From contig OZ219787.1 of assembly GCA_964291285.2 (NCBI GenBank), positions 1,728,001 through 1,792,000 on the forward strand: DNA of 64,000 nucleotides, read 5' to 3'. Origin of the DNA: Alphaproteobacteria bacterium (GTDB lineage: Bacteria > Pseudomonadota > Alphaproteobacteria > Bin95). Of this stretch, positions 49,585-60,155 are shown one piece after another; position 1 is the first letter of the stretch; each line of letters opens with the position of its first letter. Below the pieces are notes generated by a model, which was given only the letters and a program-made list of their open reading frames with translations, did not search any database and was not told the origin of the DNA. The position numbers were made by a program, and so were the translations under genes.

Positions 49585-50748
49585 TCAGGCCGGATTCCGC
49601 TCGACGAGCTGGCGCGCGATGATGATGCGCTGCAACTCGTTCGTGCCCTCGCCGATGGCAAGCAGGGGGGCGTCGCGGTAGTAGCGCTCGACGTGCATCT
49701 CCTTGGAGTAGCCGTAGGCGCCGTGGACGCGCATCGCCTCCATGCTGTTCTCGACCGCGGCTTCGGAAGCGAAGAGCTTGGCCATACCGGCCTCCATGTC
49801 GCAGCGCTCGCCGGCGTCATAGGCGCGGGCGGCCTGCTCGACCAGCAGCCGGGCGGCCTCCACCCGTGTCGCCATGTCGGCGAGCTTGATCTGGATGGCC
49901 TGGTGCTGCGCGATGGGCTGGCCGAAGGTCTCGCGCTGCTGGGCGTAGCGGAGCGCGTCTTCCATGGCGGCGCGGGCAACCCCGACGCCTCGGGCGGCGA
50001 CGTTGATCCGGCCGAGCTCGAGCCCGCCGAGCGCGTGGCGCAGCCCCTTTCCCTCCTCCAGCCCGATCAGGCGGCCGGCGGGTATCCGGTAGTCCTCGAA
50101 GATGAGCTCGGCGGAATCGATGCCCTTGTAGCCGAGCTTTTCCAGCTTCCGGCTGACGGTGAAGCCCGGACCTTTCTCGGCGAGGAAGAGGCTCATGCCC
50201 CGGTGGCGCGGGCTCGCCTCGGGGTCCGTCTTGACGAGAAGCGCGAAGCAGGAGCCGTGGATGCCGTTGGAAATCCAGATCTTGGTGCCGTTCACGACAT
50301 AGTCGCCGCCGTCGCGCCGCGCCGTCGTGCGGATCGCCTGCAGGTCGGTGCCGCAATTCGGCTCGGTCAGCGCAAGTCCGCCGCGGATTTCGCCGGAGGC
50401 GAAGCGCGGCAGCCAGGTCCGTTTCTGCTCCTCCGTGCCGAAGCGCAGCACGGCGGCGGACATGATCAGGTGCGAGTTGAAGATGCCGGAGAGCGACATC
50501 CAGACGGCCGAGACCCGCTCGACGATGCGGGCATAGGTCGAGGCGCCGAGGCCGAGGCCGCCATATTCCTCGGGAATGATGGCGCCGAAGAGGCCGAGCT
50601 CCTTCATGCGCTCGACGATGTCCGCGGGCCAGGTATCGCTGTGTTCCAGCGCCAGCACATGCGGGCGGACGTCGCGGTCGAGGAACTTGTCCACCGCGTC
50701 GAGCAGCGCGGCTTCGAGTTCGAGATCGTCCGGGGAAGGGGTGTGCAT
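49585..50748 (-). CDS. Acyl-CoA dehydrogenase
   Basis: ALTEP..GTD, NGTKIWISNG, RETFGQPI, HGAYGY, IGEGTNELQR. Confidence 0.94.
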   Translation of the reverse strand: MHTPSPDDLELEAALLDAVDKFLDRDVRPHVLALEHSDTWPADIVERMKELGLFGAIIPEEYGGLGLGASTYARIVERVSAVWMSLSGIFNSHLIMSAAVLRFGTEEQKRTWLPRFASGEIRGGLALTEPNCGTDLQAIRTTARRDGGDYVVNGTKIWISNGIHGSCFALLVKTDPEASPRHRGMSLFLAEKGPGFTVSRKLEKLGYKGIDSAELIFEDYRIPAGRLIGLEEGKGLRHALGGLELGRINVAARGVGVARAAMEDALRYAQQRETFGQPIAQHQAIQIKLADMATRVEAARLLVEQAARAYDAGERCDMEAGMAKLFASEAAVENSMEAMRVHGAYGYSKEMHVERYYRDAPLLAIGEGTNELQRIIIARQLVERNPA

Positions 50749-50752
50749 GGCG

Positions 50753-51271
50753 TCAGTATCCCGCCTTGTCATCGACGGCATGGCCGCGTTTCGGGACCAG
50801 CATGTTGCGCTCGAAGCTCATGAAGACGCTGCCGTCGGCCTTGAGGCCCCGCGTTGCGATGCGCACGATGCCCTGGGTCGGGCGCGAACGGCTCTCGCGC
50901 TTCTCCAGCACTTCGGACTCCGCGTATATGGTGTCGCCGACGAACACCGGAGCGGTGAGCGCGATATCGGTCCAGCCGAGATTGGCGATGGCCTTCTGGC
51001 TCGTGTCCGATACCGACATGCCCGCGACCAGCGACAGTGTGAAGGTGGAGTTGACCAGCGGCCGGCCGAACTCGCTGTGGCGGGCATATTCCTTGTCGAA
51101 ATGGATCGGGTGCTGGTTCATCGTCAGCAGGGTGAACCAGGTGTTGTCGCTCTCGGTGATGGTGCGCCCCGGCCGGTGCTCGTAGACATGGCCGACGGCG
51201 AAGTCCTCGAAATAGCGACCGTAGCTTTCGCGGAACCGGTTGGGCCCCACCTCCCGGGCTTCGGCGCTCAT
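50753..51271 (-). CDS. MaoC-family (R)-hydratase/dehydratase
   Basis: GRYFEDF.VG, GRTITESDN, NQHPIHFD, PVFVGDT. Confidence 0.9.
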   Translation of the reverse strand: MSAEAREVGPNRFRESYGRYFEDFAVGHVYEHRPGRTITESDNTWFTLLTMNQHPIHFDKEYARHSEFGRPLVNSTFTLSLVAGMSVSDTSQKAIANLGWTDIALTAPVFVGDTIYAESEVLEKRESRSRPTQGIVRIATRGLKADGSVFMSFERNMLVPKRGHAVDDKAGY

Positions 51272-51444
51272 TCCTCTTCATCCTCCCTTGCGCGGTCGAG
51301 CATGGTGCGGATCGCTTCGACGCACTGTCCGCAGACCGGAGCGCAGGCATTGCGGCGGAATATCTCCGCCACGCGGCGCGCGCCCGCCCCGAGGGCGCCC
51401 TCCACGGCCTGGACCGAAAGATCGTTGCAAAGACATACCCGCAT
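51268..51444 (-). CDS. bfd: Bfd-like [2Fe-2S] ferredoxin
   Basis: MRVCLCN...CGQC (CxC...CxxC), 58 aa; ATGA-coupled to the MaoC gene. Confidence 0.75.
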   Translation of the reverse strand: MRVCLCNDLSVQAVEGALGAGARRVAEIFRRNACAPVCGQCVEAIRTMLDRAREDEEE

Positions 51445-51551
51445 CGCCGCCACCATGGGCCGCATGGGGCGCGATTGACAAGGATGAATGCTATGCATAC
51501 GGTCCCGAGCTTGAGCGTGGGGCGTCGCTCCGGGACAGGTCGGGAGGTTGA

Positions 51552-52547
51552 GTGGCTCTTCTCGAAATTGACGAGTTGAAGACACAGTTCTTCACATCGG
51601 CGGGAACTGTACTCGCCGTGGACGGCATTTCCTATACGGTGGAAGAAGGCGAGACGGTCGCCGTGGTCGGCGAGTCCGGCTGCGGCAAGTCCGTGTCCGC
51701 GCTGTCCATATTGCGGCTGGTGGCGGACCCGCCGGGCAAGATCGTCGGCGGGCGCATCGGCTTCATGGGCCGCAACCTGCTGGAACTCAGCGACCGGGAG
51801 ATCCGCGAGGTGCGCGGGCGCCATATCGGCATGATCTTCCAGGAGCCGATGACCTCGCTCAATCCCGTGCTGTCCATCGGCACGCAGTTGACCGAGACCG
51901 TCATCCATCATCTCGGCTATAGCGAGGAGAGGGCGGCGTCGCGCTCGCTTGAACTGATGGAGATGGTGGGCATCTCCGATCCGCCGCGCCGGCTCGACCA
52001 GTATCCGCACCATCTTTCGGGTGGGATGCGCCAGCGCGTGATGATCGCGATGGCGCTGGCCTGCGAGCCCAAGCTGATCATAGCGGACGAGCCCACGACG
52101 GCGCTCGATGTCACCATCCAGGCGCAGATCCTGGAGCTGATGAAGAACCTGACCCGCGAGCTTGGTGTGGCGATGATTATCATCACCCACAATCTCGGCG
52201 TGGTGGCCCGCTACGCGGACCGGGTGAATGTGATGTATGCGGGCAAGATCATCGAGGAAGGCAGCGCCGAGGACGTCTATCACCGGCCGCGCCACCCGTA
52301 CACGCTGGCCCTGCTCAACTCCGTGCCGCGCGTGGACCAGCAACGCAGCGCCAAGCTCGACCCGGTCGAGGGCCAGCCGCCGGACCTCACGCGCCTCGAC
52401 GGAAGCTGCTCGTTCCGGCCGCGCTGCCGCTATGCTCAGGAGCAATGCGCCCAGTCGTTCCCGGAGCTGGAGAGCGTAGGGGAAGGACACCGGTCGGCCT
52501 GCTTCCGCTCGCAGGAAATCGCCGCCGGTCTGGAGCAGGTTGCATGA
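51552..52547 (+). CDS. ABC ATP-binding protein (DppD-like)
   Basis: [25 protein letters not shown]. Confidence 0.95.
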   Translation: MALLEIDELKTQFFTSAGTVLAVDGISYTVEEGETVAVVGESGCGKSVSALSILRLVADPPGKIVGGRIGFMGRNLLELSDREIREVRGRHIGMIFQEPMTSLNPVLSIGTQLTETVIHHLGYSEERAASRSLELMEMVGISDPPRRLDQYPHHLSGGMRQRVMIAMALACEPKLIIADEPTTALDVTIQAQILELMKNLTRELGVAMIIITHNLGVVARYADRVNVMYAGKIIEEGSAEDVYHRPRHPYTLALLNSVPRVDQQRSAKLDPVEGQPPDLTRLDGSCSFRPRCRYAQEQCAQSFPELESVGEGHRSACFRSQEIAAGLEQVA

Positions 52548-53563
52548 ACGACATTGCGACCCAGGCGAGTCACCGGGGAACGGTATCCGAAGACATTTTG
52601 ATCTCGGTGAACGGCCTCAAGATGCACTTTCCGGTGACGGAAGGCATCGTCATGCGCCGCGTCGTCGCTCATGTGAAGGCGGTGGACGGGATCAATTTCG
52701 AAATCCGCCGGGGCGAGACCCTGGGCCTTGTCGGGGAGTCCGGCTGCGGCAAGACCACGACCGGGCGTTGCATCCTGCAGCTGGAGCGGCCGACGGCGGG
52801 ATCCATCACCTTCGAGGGGCAGGAGCTGGGCGGGCTCCGCGGCGAGGCGCTCCGCTCCATGCGGCGGCGTATCCAGGTGATCTTCCAGGACCCCTACAGC
52901 TCGCTCAATCCGCGCCTCAAGATCGGCGAGATCATCGGCGAGCCGATCCGCGTCCACGGCCTGATCCCGGACAAGGCGAAACGCGAGGACCGGGTGCGCG
53001 AACTGCTCGCCGTTTGCGGCCTGAACCCTGCATTTGCGGACCGTTACCCGCACGAGATGTCGGGCGGCCAGCGACAGCGCGTGGGCATTGCGCGGGCGCT
53101 CGGCCTCGAGCCGGATTTCATCGTTTGCGACGAAGCGGTGTCGGCGCTCGATGTGTCGATCCAGGCACAGGTCATCAACCTTCTGGAAGACCTGCGGGAC
53201 CAGTTCGACCTGACATACCTGTTCATCAGCCACGACCTTTCGGTGGTCAGGCATATCTGCCACCGGGTGGCCGTGATGTATCTGGGCAAGATGGTCGAGC
53301 TCGCCGAGACGGACGAGCTGTTCGACAACCCGATGCACCCCTACACGAGGGCGCTGCTTGAGGCGGTTCCGATCCCCGATCCGGTAGTCGAGCAGGCCCG
53401 CGCGCATCAGGTCATCAAGGGCGAGATTCCGAGCCCGATCAATCCGCCTTCGGGCTGCGTCTTGCATCCGCGCTGCGATATCGCGGTCGAAGGCTGCCCG
53501 AACGCGTTCCCGGCTTTCCGCGAGGTCAAGCCGGGCCATTGGGTTGCCTGCACGGAGGTGTAG
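52544..53563 (+). CDS. ABC ATP-binding protein (DppF-like)
   Basis: [24 protein letters not shown]. Confidence 0.95.
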   Translation: MNDIATQASHRGTVSEDILISVNGLKMHFPVTEGIVMRRVVAHVKAVDGINFEIRRGETLGLVGESGCGKTTTGRCILQLERPTAGSITFEGQELGGLRGEALRSMRRRIQVIFQDPYSSLNPRLKIGEIIGEPIRVHGLIPDKAKREDRVRELLAVCGLNPAFADRYPHEMSGGQRQRVGIARALGLEPDFIVCDEAVSALDVSIQAQVINLLEDLRDQFDLTYLFISHDLSVVRHICHRVAVMYLGKMVELAETDELFDNPMHPYTRALLEAVPIPDPVVEQARAHQVIKGEIPSPINPPSGCVLHPRCDIAVEGCPNAFPAFREVKPGHWVACTEV

Positions 53564-53671
53564 CAACGGGACGCCGCCCGGGAGCAAGGGCGGAAAAGGG
53601 GCGTTACGGCGCCCGCCACGCAGCCGGGTCTCGGCAAGGGGCCCGATAAACAGGGAGGTAGCGTGTCTGCC

Positions 53672-55366
53672 ATGAAAGCGAGTTTCACCAGATTGGCTCT
53701 GGCGGCCGGTCTCGGCGCGGCCGTTGCGGCTGGCGGCGTCGCGGCGGCGTCGGCGGAGGGGCCGAAAACGGGCGGCGTCTTGCGCCTGGTCGTTGCCGGC
53801 AAGATTCCGTCCTATGACGGGCATCGGGAATCGACCTTCGCGATGATCCATCCGATCCGGCCGTTCTACAGCCTGCTGATCCGCGTCAATCCGGACGATC
53901 CGCAGTCGTCGGACTTCATCTGCGATTTGTGCGAAGGCGACGTGCCGGCGCCGACCAACGACGGCAAGACCTACACCTTCAAGATCCGGCAGGGCGTGGA
54001 GTTCCACGACGGCACGCCGTTGACGGCGCACGACATCGTGGCGACCTACAACAAGATCGTCTTCCCGCAGGAAGGCATTCTGAGCAACCGCGTCAGCCGT
54101 TTCGCGATGGTAGACGCCATCTCGGCGCCGGACGACCACACGGTCCAGTTCGACCTGAAGTACGCCTCGCCGGGCTTCATTCCCATGGTCGCCACGCCGT
54201 TCAACTTCGTCTATGCGAAGAAGGACCTGGAACAGGCCGATCCCGATGGCAAGGATCCGCAGTACGGGATGAAGTGGCACCAGAGCAACATCAACGGCAC
54301 CGGCCCCTTCGTGTTCGTCGAGCACCAGCCCGGTTCGCATGTGCTGGGCAAGCGCTACGAGAAGTACCATCACGAGGGCAAGCCCTATCTCGACGGCTTC
54401 AAGGCCATCTCCGCGCCGAAAATGTCGGTTCGCATCCAGGCGATCCGCGGCGGACGCGCCGACATCGAGTTCCGCGGCTTTCCGCCGAAAGCCCGCGACG
54501 ATCTCGTCAAGGCCTTGGGTGAGGACATCACCGTTCAGGAAAGCGCCTGGAACTGCACCTTCGGCTTTGCCGGGAACCAGACCAAGCCGCTCTTCCAGGA
54601 CAAGCGTGTGAGGCAGGCGCTGACGCTCGGCCTCGACCGCTGGGGCGCGTCCAGGTACCTCTCCAAGATCGCCATCGTGAAGACGGTCGGCGGCCTTGCC
54701 CTGCCGGGCCATCCGGTTGCGGCGGACGAGGATACGCTCAAGAGCTATTACGGCTACTGGCCCGACATTGAGAAGAGCCGCGCGAAGGCCCGCGAGCTTC
54801 TCAAGGAAGCGGGCGCCGAGGGCGCGTCGTTCAAGATCTGGAACCGCGCCGTGGACCAGCCCTACAAGGCGGTCGGCACCTGGATGATCGACCAGTGGCG
54901 GCAGATCGGCCTGAATGTCGAGCAGATCGTGGTTCCGACCGGCCCGTGGATGGCCGGCCTCCGCGATCCGGAGCAGGAAGGCGCTGATGTGAACATCTGG
55001 CCGTCCTGCCAGAGCGTCGTGAATCCGATCGTCGATGCCGGCGCCTGGATTTCCAAGGCGCGGGCGGCAGACAATCGCGGCCATTACGAAGACCCGCAGC
55101 TCGACGAGTGGTACGACCAGATGCAGCGGGAAGGCGACCCGGCCAAGCAGGCGGAGCTGTACCGGAAGTTCGAGAAGCGCGTCCTGCATGACGAGGCGCA
55201 TTTCGGGCAGATCCTGTGGTGGCACAAGATCAACCCGCACCGCTCTTACGTGAAGGGCTGGAAGATCGCGCCGTCGCACTACCTGAACCAGTCGCTGGAC
55301 CAGGTGTGGCTGGATGTTTCCGACGAGGAGCGCAAGCAGCGCACCATGGACGAACTGGGCGGCTGA
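53672..55366 (+). CDS. ABC substrate-binding protein, family 5
   Basis: Signal peptide; YTFKIRQGVEFHDGTPLTAHD, GTGPF, DKRVRQAL. Confidence 0.92.
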   Translation: MKASFTRLALAAGLGAAVAAGGVAAASAEGPKTGGVLRLVVAGKIPSYDGHRESTFAMIHPIRPFYSLLIRVNPDDPQSSDFICDLCEGDVPAPTNDGKTYTFKIRQGVEFHDGTPLTAHDIVATYNKIVFPQEGILSNRVSRFAMVDAISAPDDHTVQFDLKYASPGFIPMVATPFNFVYAKKDLEQADPDGKDPQYGMKWHQSNINGTGPFVFVEHQPGSHVLGKRYEKYHHEGKPYLDGFKAISAPKMSVRIQAIRGGRADIEFRGFPPKARDDLVKALGEDITVQESAWNCTFGFAGNQTKPLFQDKRVRQALTLGLDRWGASRYLSKIAIVKTVGGLALPGHPVAADEDTLKSYYGYWPDIEKSRAKARELLKEAGAEGASFKIWNRAVDQPYKAVGTWMIDQWRQIGLNVEQIVVPTGPWMAGLRDPEQEGADVNIWPSCQSVVNPIVDAGAWISKARAADNRGHYEDPQLDEWYDQMQREGDPAKQAELYRKFEKRVLHDEAHFGQILWWHKINPHRSYVKGWKIAPSHYLNQSLDQVWLDVSDEERKQRTMDELGG

Positions 55367-55380
55367 CCGCCCGACCTCTC

Positions 55381-55418
55381 GCGCCGCCCCGGGCAACCGG
55401 GGCGGCGCCTTCTCTCTT
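55381..55418 (+). terminator. Stem-loop after SBP gene
   Basis: GCGCCGCCCCGG-GCAA-CCGGGGCGGCGC 12-bp stem with GNRA loop, then a pyrimidine tract. Confidence 0.65.
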
Positions 55419-55432
55419 AGAGGCGTTCATTC

Positions 55433-56404
55433 ATGTACAAATATGTCATCAAGCGCCTGCTGCTGCTGATCCCGACCCTGCTGGGAGCGGCGATTCTGGT
55501 ATTCCTGCTGCTGCGGGCGGTGCCGGGCGACGTGTGCCAGTTGCGGCTCGGCGGCGGCGGCGAGTTCATCGACCCGGCGGCGCTGGAGCAGTGCAAGGTC
55601 CAGCTTGGCCTCATGGACCCGCTGCATGTCCAACTGGTCGATTTCCTCGCCAGTTTCTTCACGTTCAATTTCGGTGAATCCATGTGGACCGGGCGGCCCG
55701 TCGCCCTTGAAATCGGGCTGCGCTTCGAGCTCTCGCTCCAGATCGCGATCATGGCGACCCTGGTTTCGATCATCGTCGCCATTCCGCTCGGGACGATTTC
55801 GGCGATCAAGCAGAACACCTGGATCGACTATATTGTCCGCACGGTCAGCATCGCCGGCATCGCCATCCCCTCCTTCTGGCTCGGAATCATCATCATCCTG
55901 GGGCTGTTGATCACGACGCAGGCCATGACCGGGGTGCCCTGGATGCCACCCATCGACTACCGGCCGTTGTGGGAGGACCCGGCCTACAACCTGTCGATGC
56001 TGATCTGGCCCGCCGTCGCGACCGGCTACCGCTATTCCGCCGTAGCGACCCGCATGACGCGCTCGGCCCTGCTTGAAGTGCTGCGGGAGGACTATGTGCG
56101 CACCGCCCGCGCCAAGGGCTTGCTGGAAAAGATGATTATCAACCGCCATGCGTTGCGCAATTCGCTGCTGCCCGTCGTGACGATCATCGGCATCGAGTTC
56201 GCCTTCCTGATGGGCGGCCTCGTGGTAACGGAGCAGGTCTTCAACCTGAACGGCATCGGCAAGCTGTTCGTCGAATCGGTGACCAACCAGGACTATGTGA
56301 TGACCCAGTCGCTGGTCATGCTGGTGGTCACCATCTTCGTCCTCGTCAACCTCGTGGTCGATATCCTTTACGCGGTGCTCGACCCGCGCATCCGCTACAG
56401 CTAG
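55433..56404 (+). CDS. ABC transporter permease (DppB-like)
   Basis: EDYVRTARAKG, EQVFNLNGIG, DPRIRY. Confidence 0.93.
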   Translation: MYKYVIKRLLLLIPTLLGAAILVFLLLRAVPGDVCQLRLGGGGEFIDPAALEQCKVQLGLMDPLHVQLVDFLASFFTFNFGESMWTGRPVALEIGLRFELSLQIAIMATLVSIIVAIPLGTISAIKQNTWIDYIVRTVSIAGIAIPSFWLGIIIILGLLITTQAMTGVPWMPPIDYRPLWEDPAYNLSMLIWPAVATGYRYSAVATRMTRSALLEVLREDYVRTARAKGLLEKMIINRHALRNSLLPVVTIIGIEFAFLMGGLVVTEQVFNLNGIGKLFVESVTNQDYVMTQSLVMLVVTIFVLVNLVVDILYAVLDPRIRYS

Positions 56405-56417
56405 GAGGGCCGTTCTC

Positions 56418-57326
56418 ATGGCGACAGTCTCGGGAGGCAGCCTTGCGGTAGCCATGTTCGAGGAGCCGGCGGCGATCAAGCCCTGGCATGTCAAACTGCG
56501 TGAAACCGCGCGCAAGCAGCCTGTAGGCGTTGCCGGCGCCATTATCGTGGTGCTGATGATCCTGATGGCGGTTTTCGCCGATGTGGTGACGCCGTTCGAT
56601 CCGCTCCAGACATCCTACGAATACATGCTGGCGCCGCCGGACGGGCACTTCCTTTTCGGCACCGACATGCTCGGCCGCGATGTCTATTCGCGCATCGTCT
56701 ACGGCGCCCGCACGGCGCTGTTCGTAGGCTTTGCTGCAGCGACGGTAGGCGGAATTCTCGGCCTCATCCTGGGGGTCTCCAGCGCCTATTTCGGCGGCCT
56801 GTTCGACCTCTTCTTCCAGCGCGTCATGGATGTCTTCATGGCGTTCCCGCTGGTCATCATGGCGCTGGCGGTGGTGTCGATCCTCGGCACAGGCACGGAG
56901 AACGTGATCCTGGCGATCATCGTGCCCTTCGTGCCCAGATGCGCGCGGGTGGTGCGGTCCTCCGCGCTCCAGATCCGCGAGATCCCCTATATCGACGCGG
57001 CGAAGGCCTGCGGCTTCGGCCATGCGCGCATCATCATGCGCCACATGGCGCCGAACGTGATGGCGCCCTTCCTCATCATGGTCACGGCCTTCGTCGGGCA
57101 GGCGATCCTGACCGAGGCGTCGCTCTCCTATCTCGGCCTCGGCGTGCAGGAACCGACGCCGGCCTGGGGGCTGATGCTGCAGGGCGGGGCGGAGGAATTC
57201 GCCGAGACCGCGCCCTGGGTCGCCGTCTTCCCGGGCCTTGCGATCACGCTCGCCGTGTTCGGCTTCAACCTGTTCGGCGACGCGCTCAGGGACGTGCTCG
57301 ACCCGAGGCTCCGCTCGTCGCAGTAG
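56418..57326 (+). CDS. ABC transporter permease (DppC-like)
   Basis: FGTDMLGRD, EASLSYLG, GDALRDVLDPRLR. Confidence 0.93.
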   Translation: MATVSGGSLAVAMFEEPAAIKPWHVKLRETARKQPVGVAGAIIVVLMILMAVFADVVTPFDPLQTSYEYMLAPPDGHFLFGTDMLGRDVYSRIVYGARTALFVGFAAATVGGILGLILGVSSAYFGGLFDLFFQRVMDVFMAFPLVIMALAVVSILGTGTENVILAIIVPFVPRCARVVRSSALQIREIPYIDAAKACGFGHARIIMRHMAPNVMAPFLIMVTAFVGQAILTEASLSYLGLGVQEPTPAWGLMLQGGAEEFAETAPWVAVFPGLAITLAVFGFNLFGDALRDVLDPRLRSSQ

Positions 57327-57352
57327 GCCGCCGGGCGGAGGAGGGCGCTGCC

Positions 57353-57751
57353 ATGCCCGGACGGGAACGGGAAGAGTTCCGCATCGAAGGGCTGAACGAG
57401 CCCATCAGCCACTACACGGACGCCGTGCGCTTCGGCGACCTCCTGTTCGTGTCCGGGATCGCGCCGGTCGACGAGAACCTCAATCTCGTCGGCGGGGACG
57501 ATGTGGGCGCCCAGACGAGGCGGCTGTTCGAGAACATGGACCGGATATTGCAGGCCGCCGGCGCTTCGTTCGCCGACATCCTCAAGGTGACGGTCTATCT
57601 GACCGATGTGAACGACCGCCATGCGGTCGATATCGTACGGCGGGAGTTTTTCGGGGATGCCCGCCCTGCCAGCACGCTCATCGGCATCGCGGAACTCGCC
57701 GTGCCCGGCATGAAGGTCGAAATCGACGCGGTAGCCGGCCTGAGGGGCTGA
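57353..57751 (+). CDS. RidA/YjgF/UK114 family protein
   Basis: LFVSG, KVTVYLTD, R..FF...RPAST, VEIDAVA. Confidence 0.9.
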   Translation: MPGREREEFRIEGLNEPISHYTDAVRFGDLLFVSGIAPVDENLNLVGGDDVGAQTRRLFENMDRILQAAGASFADILKVTVYLTDVNDRHAVDIVRREFFGDARPASTLIGIAELAVPGMKVEIDAVAGLRG

Positions 57752-57808
57752 AACCGCGCCCGGAGACGGTTCGGGACCAAGGCCGGCAACCGGCTCTCAA
57801 GCGGCCAC

Positions 57809-59101
57809 TCAGCCGGCCTCGAATACCGTGCGCCCGTCCACCACGGTGCGGAGTACGCGGCCCTGGACCGGGCGGCGGTCGAAGGGCGAGTTCCTGGACT
57901 TGCTACGGAAGGCGTCCACCTCGATGCGCCCCGGAACGTCGGGGTCGAACACCGCGACATCGCCCGCCCGGCCCGGCGCCAGCCGGCCGAGCGGCAGGCC
58001 CAGCAGGTCCGCGGGCGCGCTGGTCAGCTTCTCCAGCACGTCCAGCAGCGCCATGTGGCCGTTATGGTAGAGCTCAAGCGAGAGCGGCAGCAGGCTCTCC
58101 AGGCCGACGATTCCGGGCACCGCATCGGCGAAAGGCAGCCGCTTCGACTCCTGGTCCTGCGGGTCGTGGTCGCTCGCTATGGCGTCGATGGTGCCGTCCG
58201 CAAGCGCCTCGACCACGGCGCGCCGGTCCGCCTCCGACCGGAGCGGCGGCGAGACCTTGCCGAAGGTCCGGTAGTCGCCGATGGCGGTCTCGTTGAGCGC
58301 GAAATAGTGCGGCGCCGTATCGCAGGTCACCCGCCAGCCCTCGCGCTTCGCCCGGCGGATGAGGGCGAGCCCCTCTGCGGTGGTAACATGGGCCGCGTGA
58401 TAGCGCCCGCCGGTCAGCGCCACCAGGCGCAGGTCCCGGTCGATCATCATCGCTTCCGCGGCCGCGGGGATGCCGGGCAGGCCGAGGCGCGTCGCGATCT
58501 CGCCCTCGGTCACGACGCCGCCCTGCGCCAGTTCGGGTTCTTCCGGGTGCTGCACGATGAGCGCATCGAAGGCCTGTGCGTAGGACAGCGCCCGGCGCAT
58601 GACGCGGGCGCTGGAAACGGCGCGCAGACCGTCGGTGAAGGCAAGCGCGCCCGCATCCTTCAACATGCCGAGCTCGGTAAGCTGCTCGCCCTTCAGGCCG
58701 CGCGTGAGCGCCCCGTAGGCGAACACCTTGACCCGCCGGACCTCGCGCGCGCGCCGGGCGATGAACTCGACGACATTCACATCGTCGATCGGGGGCGCGG
58801 TGTTCGGCAGGGCCGCGACGGCCGTGACGCCGCCGGCCGCTGCCGCCAGGCTGCCGCTGTCGATGGTTTCCTTGTGCTCGCCGCCGGGCTCGCCGAGCTG
58901 CACCCGCATATCGACCAGGCCGGGTGCGGCGCAGGCGCCTTCGCAGTCGATGACGGCCGCGCCCTCCGGGACCGAACCGGCGGTCACCTCCGGGCCGACT
59001 GCGGCGATCCGCCCGTCCTCGATCAATATGCCGCCCGGCGCGTCCAGCCGGCTCGCCGGGTCCAGAAGCCGGGCGTTGACGAGGGCCGTCCGCTTGGTCA
59101 C
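57809..59101 (-). CDS. pyrC: Dihydroorotase-like protein, probably the inactive PyrC' subunit of ATCase
   Basis: [14 protein letters not shown] (HxH absent), AAAAGG, PNT.P, KVSPPLR, IASDH; coupled to pyrB. Confidence 0.88.
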   Translation of the reverse strand: MTKRTALVNARLLDPASRLDAPGGILIEDGRIAAVGPEVTAGSVPEGAAVIDCEGACAAPGLVDMRVQLGEPGGEHKETIDSGSLAAAAGGVTAVAALPNTAPPIDDVNVVEFIARRAREVRRVKVFAYGALTRGLKGEQLTELGMLKDAGALAFTDGLRAVSSARVMRRALSYAQAFDALIVQHPEEPELAQGGVVTEGEIATRLGLPGIPAAAEAMMIDRDLRLVALTGGRYHAAHVTTAEGLALIRRAKREGWRVTCDTAPHYFALNETAIGDYRTFGKVSPPLRSEADRRAVVEALADGTIDAIASDHDPQDQESKRLPFADAVPGIVGLESLLPLSLELYHNGHMALLDVLEKLTSAPADLLGLPLGRLAPGRAGDVAVFDPDVPGRIEVDAFRSKSRNSPFDRRPVQGRVLRTVVDGRTVFEAG

Positions 59102-60063
59102 GCGGCCTCGGCGCGGTTCGATTGCAGCTTGCGCGTCAGCAGGTCGAGGCAGGCCATGCGGACGGCGACGCCCATCTCCACCTGCTCCTGAATCAGCGAG
59201 CGGTGGATGTCGTCGGCCACGTCGCTGTCAATCTCCACGCCGCGGTTCATCGGCCCCGGATGCATCACCAGCGCATCCGGCCGCGCCGCCGCCAGCTTGC
59301 GGGCGTCGAGGCCGAAGAAGTGGAAATATTCGCGTACCGACGGCACGAAGCTGCCCTGCATCCGCTCCGTCTGGAGGCGCAGCATCATCACGATGTCCAC
59401 GCCGTCGAGGCCGGCGCGCATGTCATGGAAGACCTCGACGCCGAAGCGGTCCATCTCCGCCGGCATCAGGGTCGGCGGCGCCACGACCCGCACGCGGGTG
59501 CCCATAGCGTTGAAGAGGTGGATGTTCGAGCGCGCCACGCGGCTGTGCATGATGTCGCCGCAGATCGCGACCGTGAGGCCGGAGAGGCCGCCGAGGCGCC
59601 GCCGGATGGTGAGCGCGTCGAGCAGGGCCTGGGTCGGGTGCTCGTGCCAGCCGTCGCCCGCATTGATGACCGCCCCGTCCACCTTTTCGGAGAGCAGGTG
59701 GACGGCGCCCGACTGCGGGTGGCGGACCACGAGGAGGTCCGGGCGCATGGCGTTGAGCGTCAGCGCCGTATCCAGCAGCGTCTCGCCCTTCTTGATGGCG
59801 CTGATGTCGGGCGAGATGTTGATGACGTCCGCGCCGAGCCGCTTGCCGGCCAGCTCGAAACTCGTGCGGGTGCGCGTCGAGGTCTCGAAGAAGACGTTGA
59901 TGACGGTGCGCCCCTTCAGCACCGCCACCTTCTTGTCGTCCCGGCGGCTCTGCTCGACATAGCTCTCGGACAGGTCCAGCAGGGCCGAAATCTCGCCGGG
60001 CGCAAGGCCCTCTATGCCGAGCAGGTGACGATGCGGGTAGCTGTATGGAGCGGCATCGGCCAT
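59098..60063 (-). CDS. pyrB: Aspartate carbamoyltransferase catalytic subunit
   Basis: [43 protein letters not shown]. Confidence 0.97.
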   Translation of the reverse strand: MADAAPYSYPHRHLLGIEGLAPGEISALLDLSESYVEQSRRDDKKVAVLKGRTVINVFFETSTRTRTSFELAGKRLGADVINISPDISAIKKGETLLDTALTLNAMRPDLLVVRHPQSGAVHLLSEKVDGAVINAGDGWHEHPTQALLDALTIRRRLGGLSGLTVAICGDIMHSRVARSNIHLFNAMGTRVRVVAPPTLMPAEMDRFGVEVFHDMRAGLDGVDIVMMLRLQTERMQGSFVPSVREYFHFFGLDARKLAAARPDALVMHPGPMNRGVEIDSDVADDIHRSLIQEQVEMGVAVRMACLDLLTRKLQSNRAEAA

Positions 60064-60155
60064 AAAGCGGTTTTGTGCGGGGGATTCGGCCGCCGATCAA
60101 GGGGCCGTCCGCCCGGGACTGTGGATGACTTGCGCGAGCGGGAGGCGCCGGCCCC

